From NCBI GenBank assembly GCA_014360805.1, contig JACIWU010000006.1:8199-72198 (forward strand): a stretch of 64,000 nt of DNA, read 5' to 3'. Shown here one piece after another: positions 54,201 to 59,191 of the stretch. A model generated the notes under the pieces. That model saw nothing but the letters and a program-made list of their open reading frames with translations. It made no database searches and was not told the DNA's origin. Every line of letters begins with the position of its first letter. Position 1 is the stretch's first letter. This stretch comes from Chloroflexota bacterium. GTDB taxonomy: Bacteria; Chloroflexota; Anaerolineae; DTLA01. The translations under genes were made by a program, and so were the position numbers.

Positions 54201-55548
54201 TTCGGACACGGTGCCGGCCAACACGACCTTCGTGCCCGGCAGCATCACGCTGGATCCGCCCGGCGCGGGCACGCCTGGGTTCACGCCGCCCACGCTGGCG
54301 AGCAACGTGTCCATCCCGATGGGCGGGAGCGTAACGGTGCGCTATCGGGTGCGCGTGGCGGCCCCGCTGGCCAACAACACGCCCATCGTCAACACCGCCG
54401 AGGCCAGGGATGGCGGGCTGCCCGTGCCGGTGCAAGCGAGCATCACCGACCTGGTGCAGAGCAGCCACACGCTCAGCCTGCTGAAGTTGGACACGCCTGA
54501 CCCGGTGCAGGCCGGCGGGCTTCTGACCTACACGGTGCAGTACCAGGTCATGGGGAACGAGCCTGCCAACGGCGTGGTGCTCACGGATACGCTGCCTGCC
54601 AACGTAGTGGTGCAGAGCATCAGCGGCGGTGGCGTGCAGAGCGGCAACCAGATCACCTGGGACCTGGGCAACCTGGCGCCGCCCGCCACAGGCAGTGTGA
54701 GTGTCGTGGTGCGGGTGAACTCGCCGCTGCCCAACGGCACGGTGCTGGTGAACCGCGCCACCATCGCCGACGCGCAGGGCGCTACGGCCAACGCGACGGC
54801 GTCCACGACGGTGCAGAGCGCCCCGGCGTTCCGCGTCTCCAAGTTGGCGCCGGCGACGGTGCGGGCGGGCGACATCCTGACCTACACCATCGTCTTCACC
54901 AACACCGGCAACGCCTATGCCACATCGGTGGTCATCACCGACCGCATCCCGGCGAATACCGAATGGCATTCGGGCGGGCACTCGCACACGGCCACCGAGG
55001 TGCGGTGGAACGTGGCCAGCATGGCTCCGGGCATCACGGGTTACGCGGTCTTCTCGGTGCGGGTGCTGCCCGACACGCCGGTCGGGACCGTGATCCTGAA
55101 CAGCGACTACGGCGTGCGGTCGGCGGAACTGCCCGCGGCCACGGGCGGCGCTCCGCTGGCGGTAACCGTAGCGCCGCCCACGGGCATCACGCTGGAGTAC
55201 TTCCGGCTGCGGCGCGTGGGGCCATCGGTGGAACTGGAATGGCGCACGGCCACCGAGATCAACAACCGCGGGTTCAACGTGTACCGCGGCACGACGGACA
55301 ACTTTGACGAGGCGGTGCGCTTGAACAGCGAGTTGATTCCGGGTCAGGGGCGTGGTCTGGCCGGCGGCGCGACCTACACGTTTACCGATACGGGCGTGGA
55401 ACCCGGCCACACGTACTACTACTGGCTGGAGGACATTGACCTGTACAACAACGTGCAGGCGCGCATGCTCCGCTCCATCGGCGTGTACGCGTACATCCCG
55501 GACGAGGCCCGCAAGTACACGGCGCGGCTGCCGTTCGTGTGGCGCTAG
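39235..55548 (+). CDS. giant secreted surface protein (~5437 aa) built from DUF11-type (conserved repeat domain) Ig-like repeats with five nested jelly-roll inserts and a C-terminal FN3-like domain
   Basis: ORF 39019..55548. ATG 39235 follows AAGGAGG (39222-39228) and gives the signal peptide MRKATWLGVVVLVALALAVGMGLAVWPAHA. By my manual count, about 34 repeats carry the pattern L.Y.I.[VI].N.G...A..V...D.[LIV]P.NT.[FYW].PGS. The C-terminus ends WRTATEINNRGFNVYRG...YYYWLEDID...ARLPFVWR. Confidence 0.9.
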   Translation: MRKATWLGVVVLVALALAVGMGLAVWPAHAAPGILLVKTSDAGGTAVPGQVIQYTIWITNTDPGPVTLEVRDDLPSQVQYIGGSAVAASPLTYADDFGVVSWSNNTGTANWAGPWVETNDAIGPHIGDLVIENDAGSYRLRMRAANKSVERPADTSTMIQPTLRFIRKLWSVETNDWFYLDVYDGGVWHNAVMSWSVGSTQDVYVAEEVNLTPYKASNLAIRFRTGSSVSTGDVMYVDDVEIYDKGTALAAPPVMTTSLVVEAGAAKVVRLSAVVLQPLSGGTLMTNTATVKSGAVVLATAQVTDVLQAPILAITKQAVPAVVEAGERITYTVRVTNTGTTTANNVSIYDPVPANTSYVGGSVQLTGFLPEGAPSIGPRATLWDSEHASLVRARLAPSIEIAGVGAPPWILTGHTLAPGQAVTVTFEVQSQAPLTNGLTITNTASVTCTQIITPVSASAYTTVHSSPSLTITKSSQIVGTPPLNPDDTLRYVITLTNSGNGNATGTVVSDTLPANTTFVPGSVVISPSSAGGTPGTPPNIATGISVPGMGGSVTVQFDVKVDKPLQNGTVITNTAATRCTEDATWQVSSPVTNTVVSAPYVVATKSAQDMTGGAPLRPGDVLSYTVVMTNVGTMNYYNLGHNEFVDILPLTYASYVAGSHTASSGTITFGTDRVRWNGDLLVGQPVTLSFAIQLSTPLTNGLTITNTGEVRYDSDGDGDYDGLDIPAQTNAVVSTITASPNIVVTKTSADMTGGAPLQPGDQLRYEIVFTNTGDMDAVDMVLTDTIPANTTFAIAGAVPGGGTLVSTSPVLRIEGIDLAAGASASFAFRVNLDSVITVGTSITNRAYILYDSDGVGGNDTLAQSNLVSDAVTSSPQFTLTKQAHSATIVPGQPVTYTIVLTNTGDAPATGVVVSDTLPPQLTFVPGSVTIAPASAGGTAGTPPQIATGISAPVGQPITVTFRATLARPLDNGTVITNTAGVWCAENATPVASAPATFTVASAPAVAGVKTMQDLNGAPLRPGDQVRYTLIVTNTGTMDQGDYSGNEIRDALPTYTSFVSGTLFASSGTATYDSVNRRVLWNGPLPVDQPVTIVFDVLLDNAIPNGTVIQNRGRLYWDDDGDKANNRTTYTPYASGTVLSAPLMVAHKTSLDLNGGVFEPGDVISYTVVITNIGNMDQPDIPSHFEFYDPIFPGLTYKPGTATQPWGTWGIDGTSVKWTGPITVGVPLTLTWAMDVGVLSHGTVVTNAAEIRYDSDADGDWDANDVVVTTNMTQDTIYYLSSLYATKISEDMTGGAPLEPNDVIRYTVIITNTGNRPVAGAVFTDSVPANTTFLDVPTIPGGAVNESTSSQVKISNISIPANGGSVTIQFRVRVNLPLWDGTVISNQGYVRYDRDGLGTYEMIPTDDPRTPALNDPTQDTVTSAPSLVVTKTAQDMDGGNLRPGDVLSYTLIITNTGTENAVNVAVTDPVPANTTFVPGSVTREPASAGGTLGAPPNLVSGMVITAQTSVTLTMAVQLDTPLDNGTLITNTATVSADRLSPITATVTNTVTSAPIGNVAKIGTDVNGGNVVPGDRLDFQVVLWNTGDMNQGDNAYDEFWDVLSPNVTLVPGTLASTSGTATYNSGEHRIEWNGPVNVGQPVTITYSADVNLPLNNGTSIQNTAYFTYDGDGDGVNETTVTSSANFTVVSAPFVVAHKSSLDVNGYPLRPGDILSYTVVLTNVGTMDYLNLGHHEFVDILPLANATYVAGSHTASSGTITFATDRVRWDGDLLVGQPVTLTFAIQLNTPLPNGTDIVNQGECRYDSDGDGDYDASDTLAYTNTVTDTVTSAAVIEITKYSEDMTGGAPLQPGDELRYTINFTNTGDMDAVDMVLTDTIPANTTFAIAGAVPGGGTLVSTSPVLRIEGIDLAAGASAQFRFRVTLDSVIPVGTSIVNRAYILYDADGNGSMESLRQSNEVVDPVTSAPVLAISKSATDVNGAPLVPGDTLRYTLTINNTGNAPAEQTVISDTLPANTTWADNITINPPSAGGTPGTPPNIVTDLTVPVGTPVTVTFDVTVNRPTPNGTIIRNRADVSALGAPTPVLSNQVSRTVSAPVFDISKVSEPMTVTPGSLMTYTIYITNTGPVAANDLSVVDTLAPYVTYVPDSAGLKVPTVYADDFESNTYSGNTGNTDFASNWVESGDDASSSSGNILLISNLGSRRLRLNGNGTSAMYIRRNVGDVLPFTAPHVAFDARAVSLEAGDTFRFDVYDGAAWQIVYTWSGPLSEAGYTTRDFDISGYASADLRIRFWVSSANDSGDYLYVDNVRVYDAGTPIDPPPNLLSGYMLNAGEAITLTFNVTATSPLTNGLSIVNEAGVYCYELPVPQYVTATSTVDSSVSLAATKTSIDLNGGDVTPGDTLRYQVVLTATGAGIATNTSIVDPLPANTTWQDNVTVTPPGGVAGSPPNVLTGLSVPGGSTVTVTYDVQVNAPLAEGTVITNTATISSPDIPAALTTTVTDTVHTAALAISKAADSSPIVAGGVVTYIITVQNTGATTATNVVVTDTLPPEVTYIPGSTLIASAFTYADDFGSGDYSGSTGTQPWAGAWTESPADGGPLSGDITVVSESGSLRLHVSGTSKTIRRQADIRSMFYPVLEFDRKLVGMESGDTFTLELYNGSTWTTVRSWNGPADESGYTHEVVDLSGYKASNFRLRFGSGPANAADDHLYVDNVIIYDTGVPGNAPPVLTDTLSIGPGMAMNVSFQGNVASPLDNGSTITNHAGASSQQTPTPVLAQLVSTISSAPDVQVTKTSFDPSGYPLRPDEVLNYTIVLNNVGTMNQHDNPGFELLDVIPTNTTYVPGSLFFTSGSGAYNAGLNRIEWDGAVNVGQPVTVSFSVRTNPLLVNGTPIYNLAVLNYDTDGDNTNDGTRASPVIDLITSAPFVVAHKTSVDVDGAPLRPGEIISYTVVFTNVGDMDQLDKPGAEFLDDIPANTTYITGSKWASSGSVTYNSTYNRIAWNGNLPVGVPVTVKFAVQLDNPLPNGTAIVNTGRAFYDADGDGTTNEAVALAGPITDTVTSAPRIEITKDAVDVNGAPLEPGDVLAYDITITNSGNMNAVDMVFTDTIPAHTSYLSVENLPAGAVLAATSPELRITNLNVNAGTAVTFRVNVTLDLPLPNGTVISNQGMLAYDADGDGSNESLAPTDDPTTPAINDPTVRTVVSGPVLVVTKTSSDLNGAPLGPNDLLQYQVVIRNDGKADATSVVVSDTVPAFTTWQDAVTIDPASAGGVIGAPPLIVSGMTVGAQQSVTLTYRVQVSAGVVDGTPIVNRVQVQCAEDPTWRTAVLTDTAYAPVLQISKIGEPNPVEAGAVLTYTILVSNTGGYPTGNVSLADTLPAQVAYVPGSTVLAVTTTYADDFESMTYSGSTGTHAWASNWVESPGDGGPLAGDVGILSESLSRRLHVSGASKYAWRQADLMPFLKPTLRFDRKLVSLDGPSDYFRVEIWNGVAWTPLQTWTGPADDGAYYTETFDLSAFIVSGARIRFRSGPSNSVDDHLYVDNVMIYDAGVPGGAPPVLATGLTLQPRTTLRATFQVQVNSPLPNGTTLVNSASVTSQHFPTPIVATMMNTVHSAPNIQVDKTSLDVNGGLLAPYDVLRYQVVIRNTGNADATNVNLTDELPAYTTWVGNVSISPVSAGGIPGTPPNVATGMTVRGGESVTVTYEVRVMRPVIDGTDIVNTASVSSLQAPGPFTDTITDTVHSPTLLIGKGGTPQPVDAGELVTYTIAITNSGTLTATGVVVSDTLPPQITYVPGSSTWRLGATYADTFSIYSYSENDGTVNWTSNWNEQNDDGLPTSGDVGMVWDLGSLRLSVRNANRAIWRQANINYFYQPRVRFDRRIVGLEAGKAFYLDVYNGSVWQVAQTWFGPLDEADYTTIVVDLTPYKSTATRIRFRAGTTLDSADTMYVDNVEIYDEAQAGGSPGSLVTGATIPPGASLVVQLTGRVASPLPNGTTLPNTGWVRCTEWPDAVSSTFNTQVHSTTVLQVTKASQDVNGGDLQPGDVLRYRLTVENAGNQNQADNPGNELVDVIPVNTTYVPGSATATSGVVIYNAGMNRIEWNGAVNVGTPIEVTFDVQVNNGLANGTVIANHATSYYDADGDGSNESTVDSNTTEDTVVSRVTIVATKVSEDLNGGLLEPGDTLRYTIGITNTGSMDQPDSPAHELQDELPAHTHYVPGSLSATSGTALFVEGTTIQWDGALPAGGAVTIQFSVTVDEGTPNNTVISNQGWVFYDSNGDGQVNEDDTPKVTDDPRVPGPDNPTEDRVGYAPLLQATKISVDQNGGFLEPGDILVYTIVLHNIGNAALVNNVDPEFLDNIPANTTYLVGTASWTVGSVTLNPTNTQLRWDGTLNPGQATAITFQVQLDSPLAHMTQICNQGTVYYDGDGDGTNESTVPTDDPRTSEKDDATCDTVVSGPILSVDKSSEDVDGGQLLPRDMLRYTVTISNTGNDAATNVAISDTLPPEVTWFDSVSVNPPSAGGTPGDPPMVVTGMTVPAGQTVTVSYLVRVNSPLPNGTVITNTAEVSADRIEPVSATVTDVVASDHILALSKTASPKPVQAGDLLTYAIAYEVIGDEPAPLAVITDRVPANTEFVDASDGVTPVGGVLVWNLGTLPAPATGEVTFTVRVNTPLPRGTAIANTAYFRDQDGRSASATDTTLVTSDHSLALAKLDLVDPVQAGELLTYTLTVEATGNEPATNVIVSDGIPAGTTFHSASGGDSMESPPVGQPGMVRWTLNTVNPGEPAVVTLTVRVDLSVPNGTSILNWASALDDQGKGATASASTLVENTDVSIAKTVEPATVKSGDVLTYTIAYMNAGPAAALNVRITDTLPSGLTFGGVVHAEPGVVGPSQVGQDFIWSVGTLPAGASGTLVFTATVDPTGETERTLTNVAVIGTSTAERNYGNNTATASNTLRQQINVRVNKQSSAGGLVQPGAEIQYTVTVENIGDGIVSGLTISDTVPANTTFVPGSITLDPPGAGTPGFTPPTLASNVSIPMGGSVTVRYRVRVAAPLANNTPIVNTAEARDGGLPVPVQASITDLVQSSHTLSLLKLDTPDPVQAGGLLTYTVQYQVMGNEPANGVVLTDTLPANVVVQSISGGGVQSGNQITWDLGNLAPPATGSVSVVVRVNSPLPNGTVLVNRATIADAQGATANATASTTVQSAPAFRVSKLAPATVRAGDILTYTIVFTNTGNAYATSVVITDRIPANTEWHSGGHSHTATEVRWNVASMAPGITGYAVFSVRVLPDTPVGTVILNSDYGVRSAELPAATGGAPLAVTVAPPTGITLEYFRLRRVGPSVELEWRTATEINNRGFNVYRGTTDNFDEAVRLNSELIPGQGRGLAGGATYTFTDTGVEPGHTYYYWLEDIDLYNNVQARMLRSIGVYAYIPDEARKYTARLPFVWR
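39507..39972 (+). other. jelly-roll (MAM/LamG-like by pattern) insert module 1 of 5 (approximate bounds)
   Basis: TYADDFGVVSWSNNTGTANWAGPWVETND ... FYLDVYDGGVWHNAV ... IRFRTGSSVSTGDVMYVDDVEIYDKG. Confidence 0.6.
41017..41860 (+). repeat. intragenic duplication, copy 1 (two DUF11-type repeats)
   Basis: Protein segment VVSAPYVVATKS...VTSSP is paralogous to copy 2. The core 41551-41705 differs at a single nt from 44821-44975. Confidence 0.85.
44290..45130 (+). repeat. intragenic duplication, copy 2
   Basis: VVSAPFVVAHKS...VTSAP. The offset between identical cores is 3270 nt, which is in frame. Confidence 0.85.
45694..46167 (+). other. jelly-roll insert module 2 of 5 (approximate bounds)
   Basis: VYADDFESNTYSGNTGNTDFASNWVESGDD ... 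FRFDVYDGAAWQIVYTWSGP ... LRIRFWVSSANDSGDYLYVDNVRVYDAG. Confidence 0.6.
46918..47382 (+). other. jelly-roll insert module 3 of 5 (approximate bounds)
   Basis: FTYADDFGSGDYSGSTGTQPWAGAWTESPADGGPLSGD ... FTLELYNGSTWTTVRSWNGP ... FRLRFGSGPANAADDHLYVDNVIIYDTG. Confidence 0.6.
49395..49863 (+). other. jelly-roll insert module 4 of 5 (approximate bounds)
   Basis: TTYADDFESMTYSGSTGTHAWASNWVESPGDGGPLAGD ... FRVEIWNGVAWTPLQTWTGP ... RIRFRSGPSNSVDDHLYVDNVMIYDAG. Confidence 0.6.
50620..51084 (+). other. jelly-roll insert module 5 of 5 (approximate bounds)
   Basis: ATYADTFSIYSYSENDGTVNWTSNWNEQNDDGLPTSGD ... FYLDVYNGSVWQVAQTWFGP ... RIRFRAGTTLDSADTMYVDNVEIYDEA. Confidence 0.6.
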
Positions 55549-55565
55549 CACAATAAGAACAGTCG

Positions 55566-55601
55566 GCGGGGGCGGCGGTGCGTGAGGCTGTCCGCCCCCG
55601 C
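55566..55601 (+). other. GC-rich stem-loop between the giant gene and the C25 peptidase gene
   Basis: 10-bp stem GCGGGGGCGG / CCGCCCCCGC with a 16-nt loop and no U-tract. It could be an mRNA-stabilising or partial terminator element. Confidence 0.4.
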
Positions 55602-55650
55602 GGCTCATCTGGGGCTTGTTCTCATCGCGGCTCCCGACGGAGAGAGGCTC

Positions 55651-58600
55651 ATGAATCGGAAGGTAGCACTGGGTTGCCTGGTAGCGGTGCTGTTGCTGGG
55701 CGCGGTTACGGCGCAGGGGGCGCACCCCGAACCCACCTGGGGGCAGGAGCCGATGCCCGAGGTGCGTCTGGTTTCGGGCGACGCCGAGACGATCGTGTTG
55801 GACATCCTGACACCGCGCCCGACGGTGCGTGAGGTGCAGGTTGGGGGTGAGACCTGGCACGAGGTGCGGGTGGCCGGGCTTGCGACGGCTGCGGAGCCGG
55901 GTGCGCCGCAACTGCCCGTGCAAACGGTCATGCTGGGCATTCCGCCAGGGGCCACGTGGCAGGTGCAGTTGGAGAGCACCGACCGCGTGCTTCTGGAGGG
56001 GCCATACCGCGTAGCGCCAGCGCCCTCGGTTCGCGTCGCGCGCGCTGGCCGGGCCGACGACGGGGCGTTCGCCTACGAGGAGATGATGCTCCCCGATGCC
56101 CGCGTCTACGGCGCTCCCACCTACTATCCCGCCGAGGTCGTGGAAGAGGCCGGCAGCGGCTATCTCCGCGACCAGCGGTTTCTTTCCCTTCGCATTTATC
56201 CCGTGCGTTATCAGGCGGCCAGCGGACAGTTGGAGTGGTACGCGCGGATGCGGGTGCGCGTGCACTTGGTCGGCGCCGACCTGGCGGCGTGCGACGGCGA
56301 GCAGGACGGCTACTTTGAGCCGGTGCTCCGCGCCGCCATCCTCAACTATGAACAGGCGAAGGCATGGCGTTCGCGCGAACCTTCCACCGTCGCGGCGCAG
56401 ACCGGGCCTATCTGCGGCATCGGCCCGCAGTACAAGGTCATCGTCGGCGCCGAGGGCCTGCACGAGATTACCTACGCGGACCTGGTAGGGGCGGGCTTCC
56501 CCGTTACCTCGGTGGACCCCGCGCGGCTCACCATGTGCTTCATGGGCCAGGAAGTGGCCATCCAGGTTGTCGGGCAGGAAGACCACATCTTCAACCCGAG
56601 CGACCGCATCCTGTTCTACGCAGTTGTGCCGAGCAGCCGATACACGAACACCGGCACGTACTGGTTGAGTTTCGGCGCGGCGGATGGGAAGCGGATGCAG
56701 ACGAAGAGTGGGGCCGTCAGCCCGGCGACGCCCTACGCCCCGACGCATACGGTTACGGCCGTCGCCGAGCGGTCGCTGGAATATGATAGCAAGTACGCCT
56801 CGCCCAAGGGCGATCACTGGTTCTGGGATACCCTTCACTGGCTGGACGTTGCGCCGTACACGCCGCGCTCCTACGCGCTCCAGTTGACCGAGCCGCCCGC
56901 CGGAGTCGCCAACGCGGTCCTGCGCGTTGGGCTTCAGGGGCGCGACGCCAACTTGCACGAATTGAACTTCACGTTCAACGGCCTTTCGCTGGGCAGCCGG
57001 CAGTGGGCAGGCGAGGAGTATCGGTCGCTCTCGTTCCTCGTCCCGACAACGGCGCTGCGCCTGGGGGCCAACACGCTGACCCTCTCCAGCAAGGACCGTG
57101 GCGCGACGTTGGACTACGTGTGGCTGGATTTCTTCAGCGTGGAGTACAGCGCGCGCAATGTGGCCGCCGACGGCCGGTCCCTCGCGTTCAGGGGGCAGGC
57201 AGGACCGGCCCGCTACTGGATCACCGGCTTCGCCGAGGGGGATGTGTCGGTATACGACGTTTCGGACTCGCGTAATCCCGTGCAGATCACCGGCATCCCG
57301 ACCGAGACGGTTCGCTGGGTGCGGCTGCCGTCGGTCTGGAAGCGGAGCGGCGCAGGCGCGGCGGAAGTCGGCGTCGCCGCGGGCCAGGAGGACGCATCGG
57401 CCCAGGCGGCTGCGACGGTGTACGGCGTGGCGTTCCAGGGGAATGAGGCGTCGGCGCCGAGATACTGGGTGGGCGCGTCCGGCGCGGTGAGGCGGCCGCT
57501 GTCCATCGCGGCCGATCCCGTTACGAACTGGCGCTCGCCGGCCCTGGGCGCGGACTATCTCATCCTCACCGACCCATCGCTGGCTGCCGAGGCCAATCGC
57601 CTTGTGGCCTATCACCAGGACCAGGGGCTTCAGCCGCTCGTGGTGTACGTGCAGGACATCTACGACGAGTTCAACTACGGCCAGGCGGATCCCGGCGCCA
57701 TTCGCGCCTTCTTGCAGTACGCCTATGACCAGTGGAGCATGAAGCCGTCCTACGTGCTCCTGCTGGGCGATGGCAGTTACGACTTCCTGGACTACAAGGG
57801 CTTCGGCGCGGGGCAGATGGTTCCGCCGTTCCTGGCTCCGGTGGACAAGACCATGGGCGAGACGGCCACCGACCACCGGTATGTGGCCGTGCACGGCGAC
57901 GACGTGCTCCCCGACATGTACATCGGCAGGCTGCCCGCCGCGACGCCGGCCCAGGCGAAGACCATGGTGGACAAGATTCTCCAGTACCCGACCGCGCCCG
58001 GCGCGGGCACGTGGGACAGGGAGATTATCCTGGTGTCGGACAAGCCCGATGCTCCCAACTACAACAACTTCATCCAGGCGTCCGATGAGATGTACGAGTG
58101 GCTGGGGATCGTGGCCCCTGCCTACGCGCGAACCCGCGTGTACTACAACCCCGGCGTCAGCGGCGTGCCGTGGATTCACGGCACAATCGCGGCGGCCAGG
58201 GCGGCCCTGTTCTCCGAGTTCAACCAGGGCGCGCTGTTCTGGAACTTCATGGGGCATGCCTCCGAGCACCAGTGGGTGGCCGACCGCCTGCTCCACGTGG
58301 ACGATGTGCCGGCCCTGGCCAACGGCGCGCGCCTGCCGGTGCTCCTGGAGATGACCTGCCAGACCGGGCAATTCCACCTGCCGGTGGCGTCGCCAACCCA
58401 GGAATGCCTGGCCGAGCAGTTGATTCGCCACGCGGGCGGGGGCACCGTGGCCAGTTGGTCCTCCACCGGATGGGGGATGGCGACGGGCCACGATGTCATG
58501 CAGCAGGGGTTCTACGACGCCGTGTTTGCGCAGGGGATTCGGCAGTTGGGTCCCGCGGTGGCTATTGGCACGGTTTGTGCATACAACGCAGGGTACAGCG

Positions 58601-58653
58601 ACCTGGTGGATACGTTTGTGTTGTTTGGCGACCCTGCGCTGTTCGTGCGTTAG
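55651..58653 (+). CDS. peptidase C25 family (gingipain/PorU-like cysteine peptidase) with propeptide-like N-terminal domain (1000 aa)
   Basis: ORF 55582..58653. ATG 55651 follows GGAGAGAGG and gives the signal MNRKVALGCLVAVLLLGAVTAQGA. Catalytic-domain blocks: YLILTD...VVYVQDIYDEFNYGQ, YVLLLGDGSYD, DMYIGRLP, His block FMGHASEHQW, Cys block LLEMTCQTGQF. Confidence 0.85.
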   Translation: MNRKVALGCLVAVLLLGAVTAQGAHPEPTWGQEPMPEVRLVSGDAETIVLDILTPRPTVREVQVGGETWHEVRVAGLATAAEPGAPQLPVQTVMLGIPPGATWQVQLESTDRVLLEGPYRVAPAPSVRVARAGRADDGAFAYEEMMLPDARVYGAPTYYPAEVVEEAGSGYLRDQRFLSLRIYPVRYQAASGQLEWYARMRVRVHLVGADLAACDGEQDGYFEPVLRAAILNYEQAKAWRSREPSTVAAQTGPICGIGPQYKVIVGAEGLHEITYADLVGAGFPVTSVDPARLTMCFMGQEVAIQVVGQEDHIFNPSDRILFYAVVPSSRYTNTGTYWLSFGAADGKRMQTKSGAVSPATPYAPTHTVTAVAERSLEYDSKYASPKGDHWFWDTLHWLDVAPYTPRSYALQLTEPPAGVANAVLRVGLQGRDANLHELNFTFNGLSLGSRQWAGEEYRSLSFLVPTTALRLGANTLTLSSKDRGATLDYVWLDFFSVEYSARNVAADGRSLAFRGQAGPARYWITGFAEGDVSVYDVSDSRNPVQITGIPTETVRWVRLPSVWKRSGAGAAEVGVAAGQEDASAQAAATVYGVAFQGNEASAPRYWVGASGAVRRPLSIAADPVTNWRSPALGADYLILTDPSLAAEANRLVAYHQDQGLQPLVVYVQDIYDEFNYGQADPGAIRAFLQYAYDQWSMKPSYVLLLGDGSYDFLDYKGFGAGQMVPPFLAPVDKTMGETATDHRYVAVHGDDVLPDMYIGRLPAATPAQAKTMVDKILQYPTAPGAGTWDREIILVSDKPDAPNYNNFIQASDEMYEWLGIVAPAYARTRVYYNPGVSGVPWIHGTIAAARAALFSEFNQGALFWNFMGHASEHQWVADRLLHVDDVPALANGARLPVLLEMTCQTGQFHLPVASPTQECLAEQLIRHAGGGTVASWSSTGWGMATGHDVMQQGFYDAVFAQGIRQLGPAVAIGTVCAYNAGYSDLVDTFVLFGDPALFVR

Positions 58654-58741
58654 GGAACGCCAGGGGGCAGGGGCGCGAAACCTGCCTCTCGGCGAGATTA
58701 GAGATTGGCCCCAGGGTAGTGCCTTTAGGGAGGAAAGGGAG

Positions 58742-59191
58742 ATGTACATCATGAACCGCAATAGACTGGCTCTGGCGGGGCTTGTGCTGTTGATGGGCCT
58801 GTTGGCGTTGGCCCTGGCGCCGGAAAGCCCGCCTGCGGGCACGGCGCTGGCGTTGGGGTTCACGTCCACGCCGACGTTCACGCCCGAGGCCCCAACGGCG
58901 ACACCCGTCCCGCCCACGGCAACGGCCACACCTGTGCCGCCCACGGCCACGGCGACGGCTGTCCCGCCGACCGCCACGAGCGTGCCGACCATCGCGCCAC
59001 AGCCCACGCAGCCGCCCGCGCCGCAGCCGACGCAGCCGCCTGCGCCGGAGCCGACCGCCACGCCGGTCGCCGCGCCGTCCAAGTCGGTGCCGAAGACCGG
59101 ATCGGGCCTGTTGGGTATCGTGGTGGCCGGGGCGCTGGCCGTGATCCTGGTAGGCGTCCGGAAGGCCCGCACGCGCGCTATCCACGAATAA
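58742..59191 (+). CDS. small Pro/Thr-rich surface protein with sortase-type tripartite signal VPKTG-TM-RKAR (149 aa)
   Basis: GGGAGGAAAGGGAG precedes ATG 58742. It has a signal peptide and TPVPPTATA / PQPTQPPA repeats, then SVPKTG (59087-59101), GLLGIVVAGALAVILVG and RKARTR. The stop codon lies inside a family B repeat. Confidence 0.7.
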   Translation: MYIMNRNRLALAGLVLLMGLLALALAPESPPAGTALALGFTSTPTFTPEAPTATPVPPTATATPVPPTATATAVPPTATSVPTIAPQPTQPPAPQPTQPPAPEPTATPVAAPSKSVPKTGSGLLGIVVAGALAVILVGVRKARTRAIHE

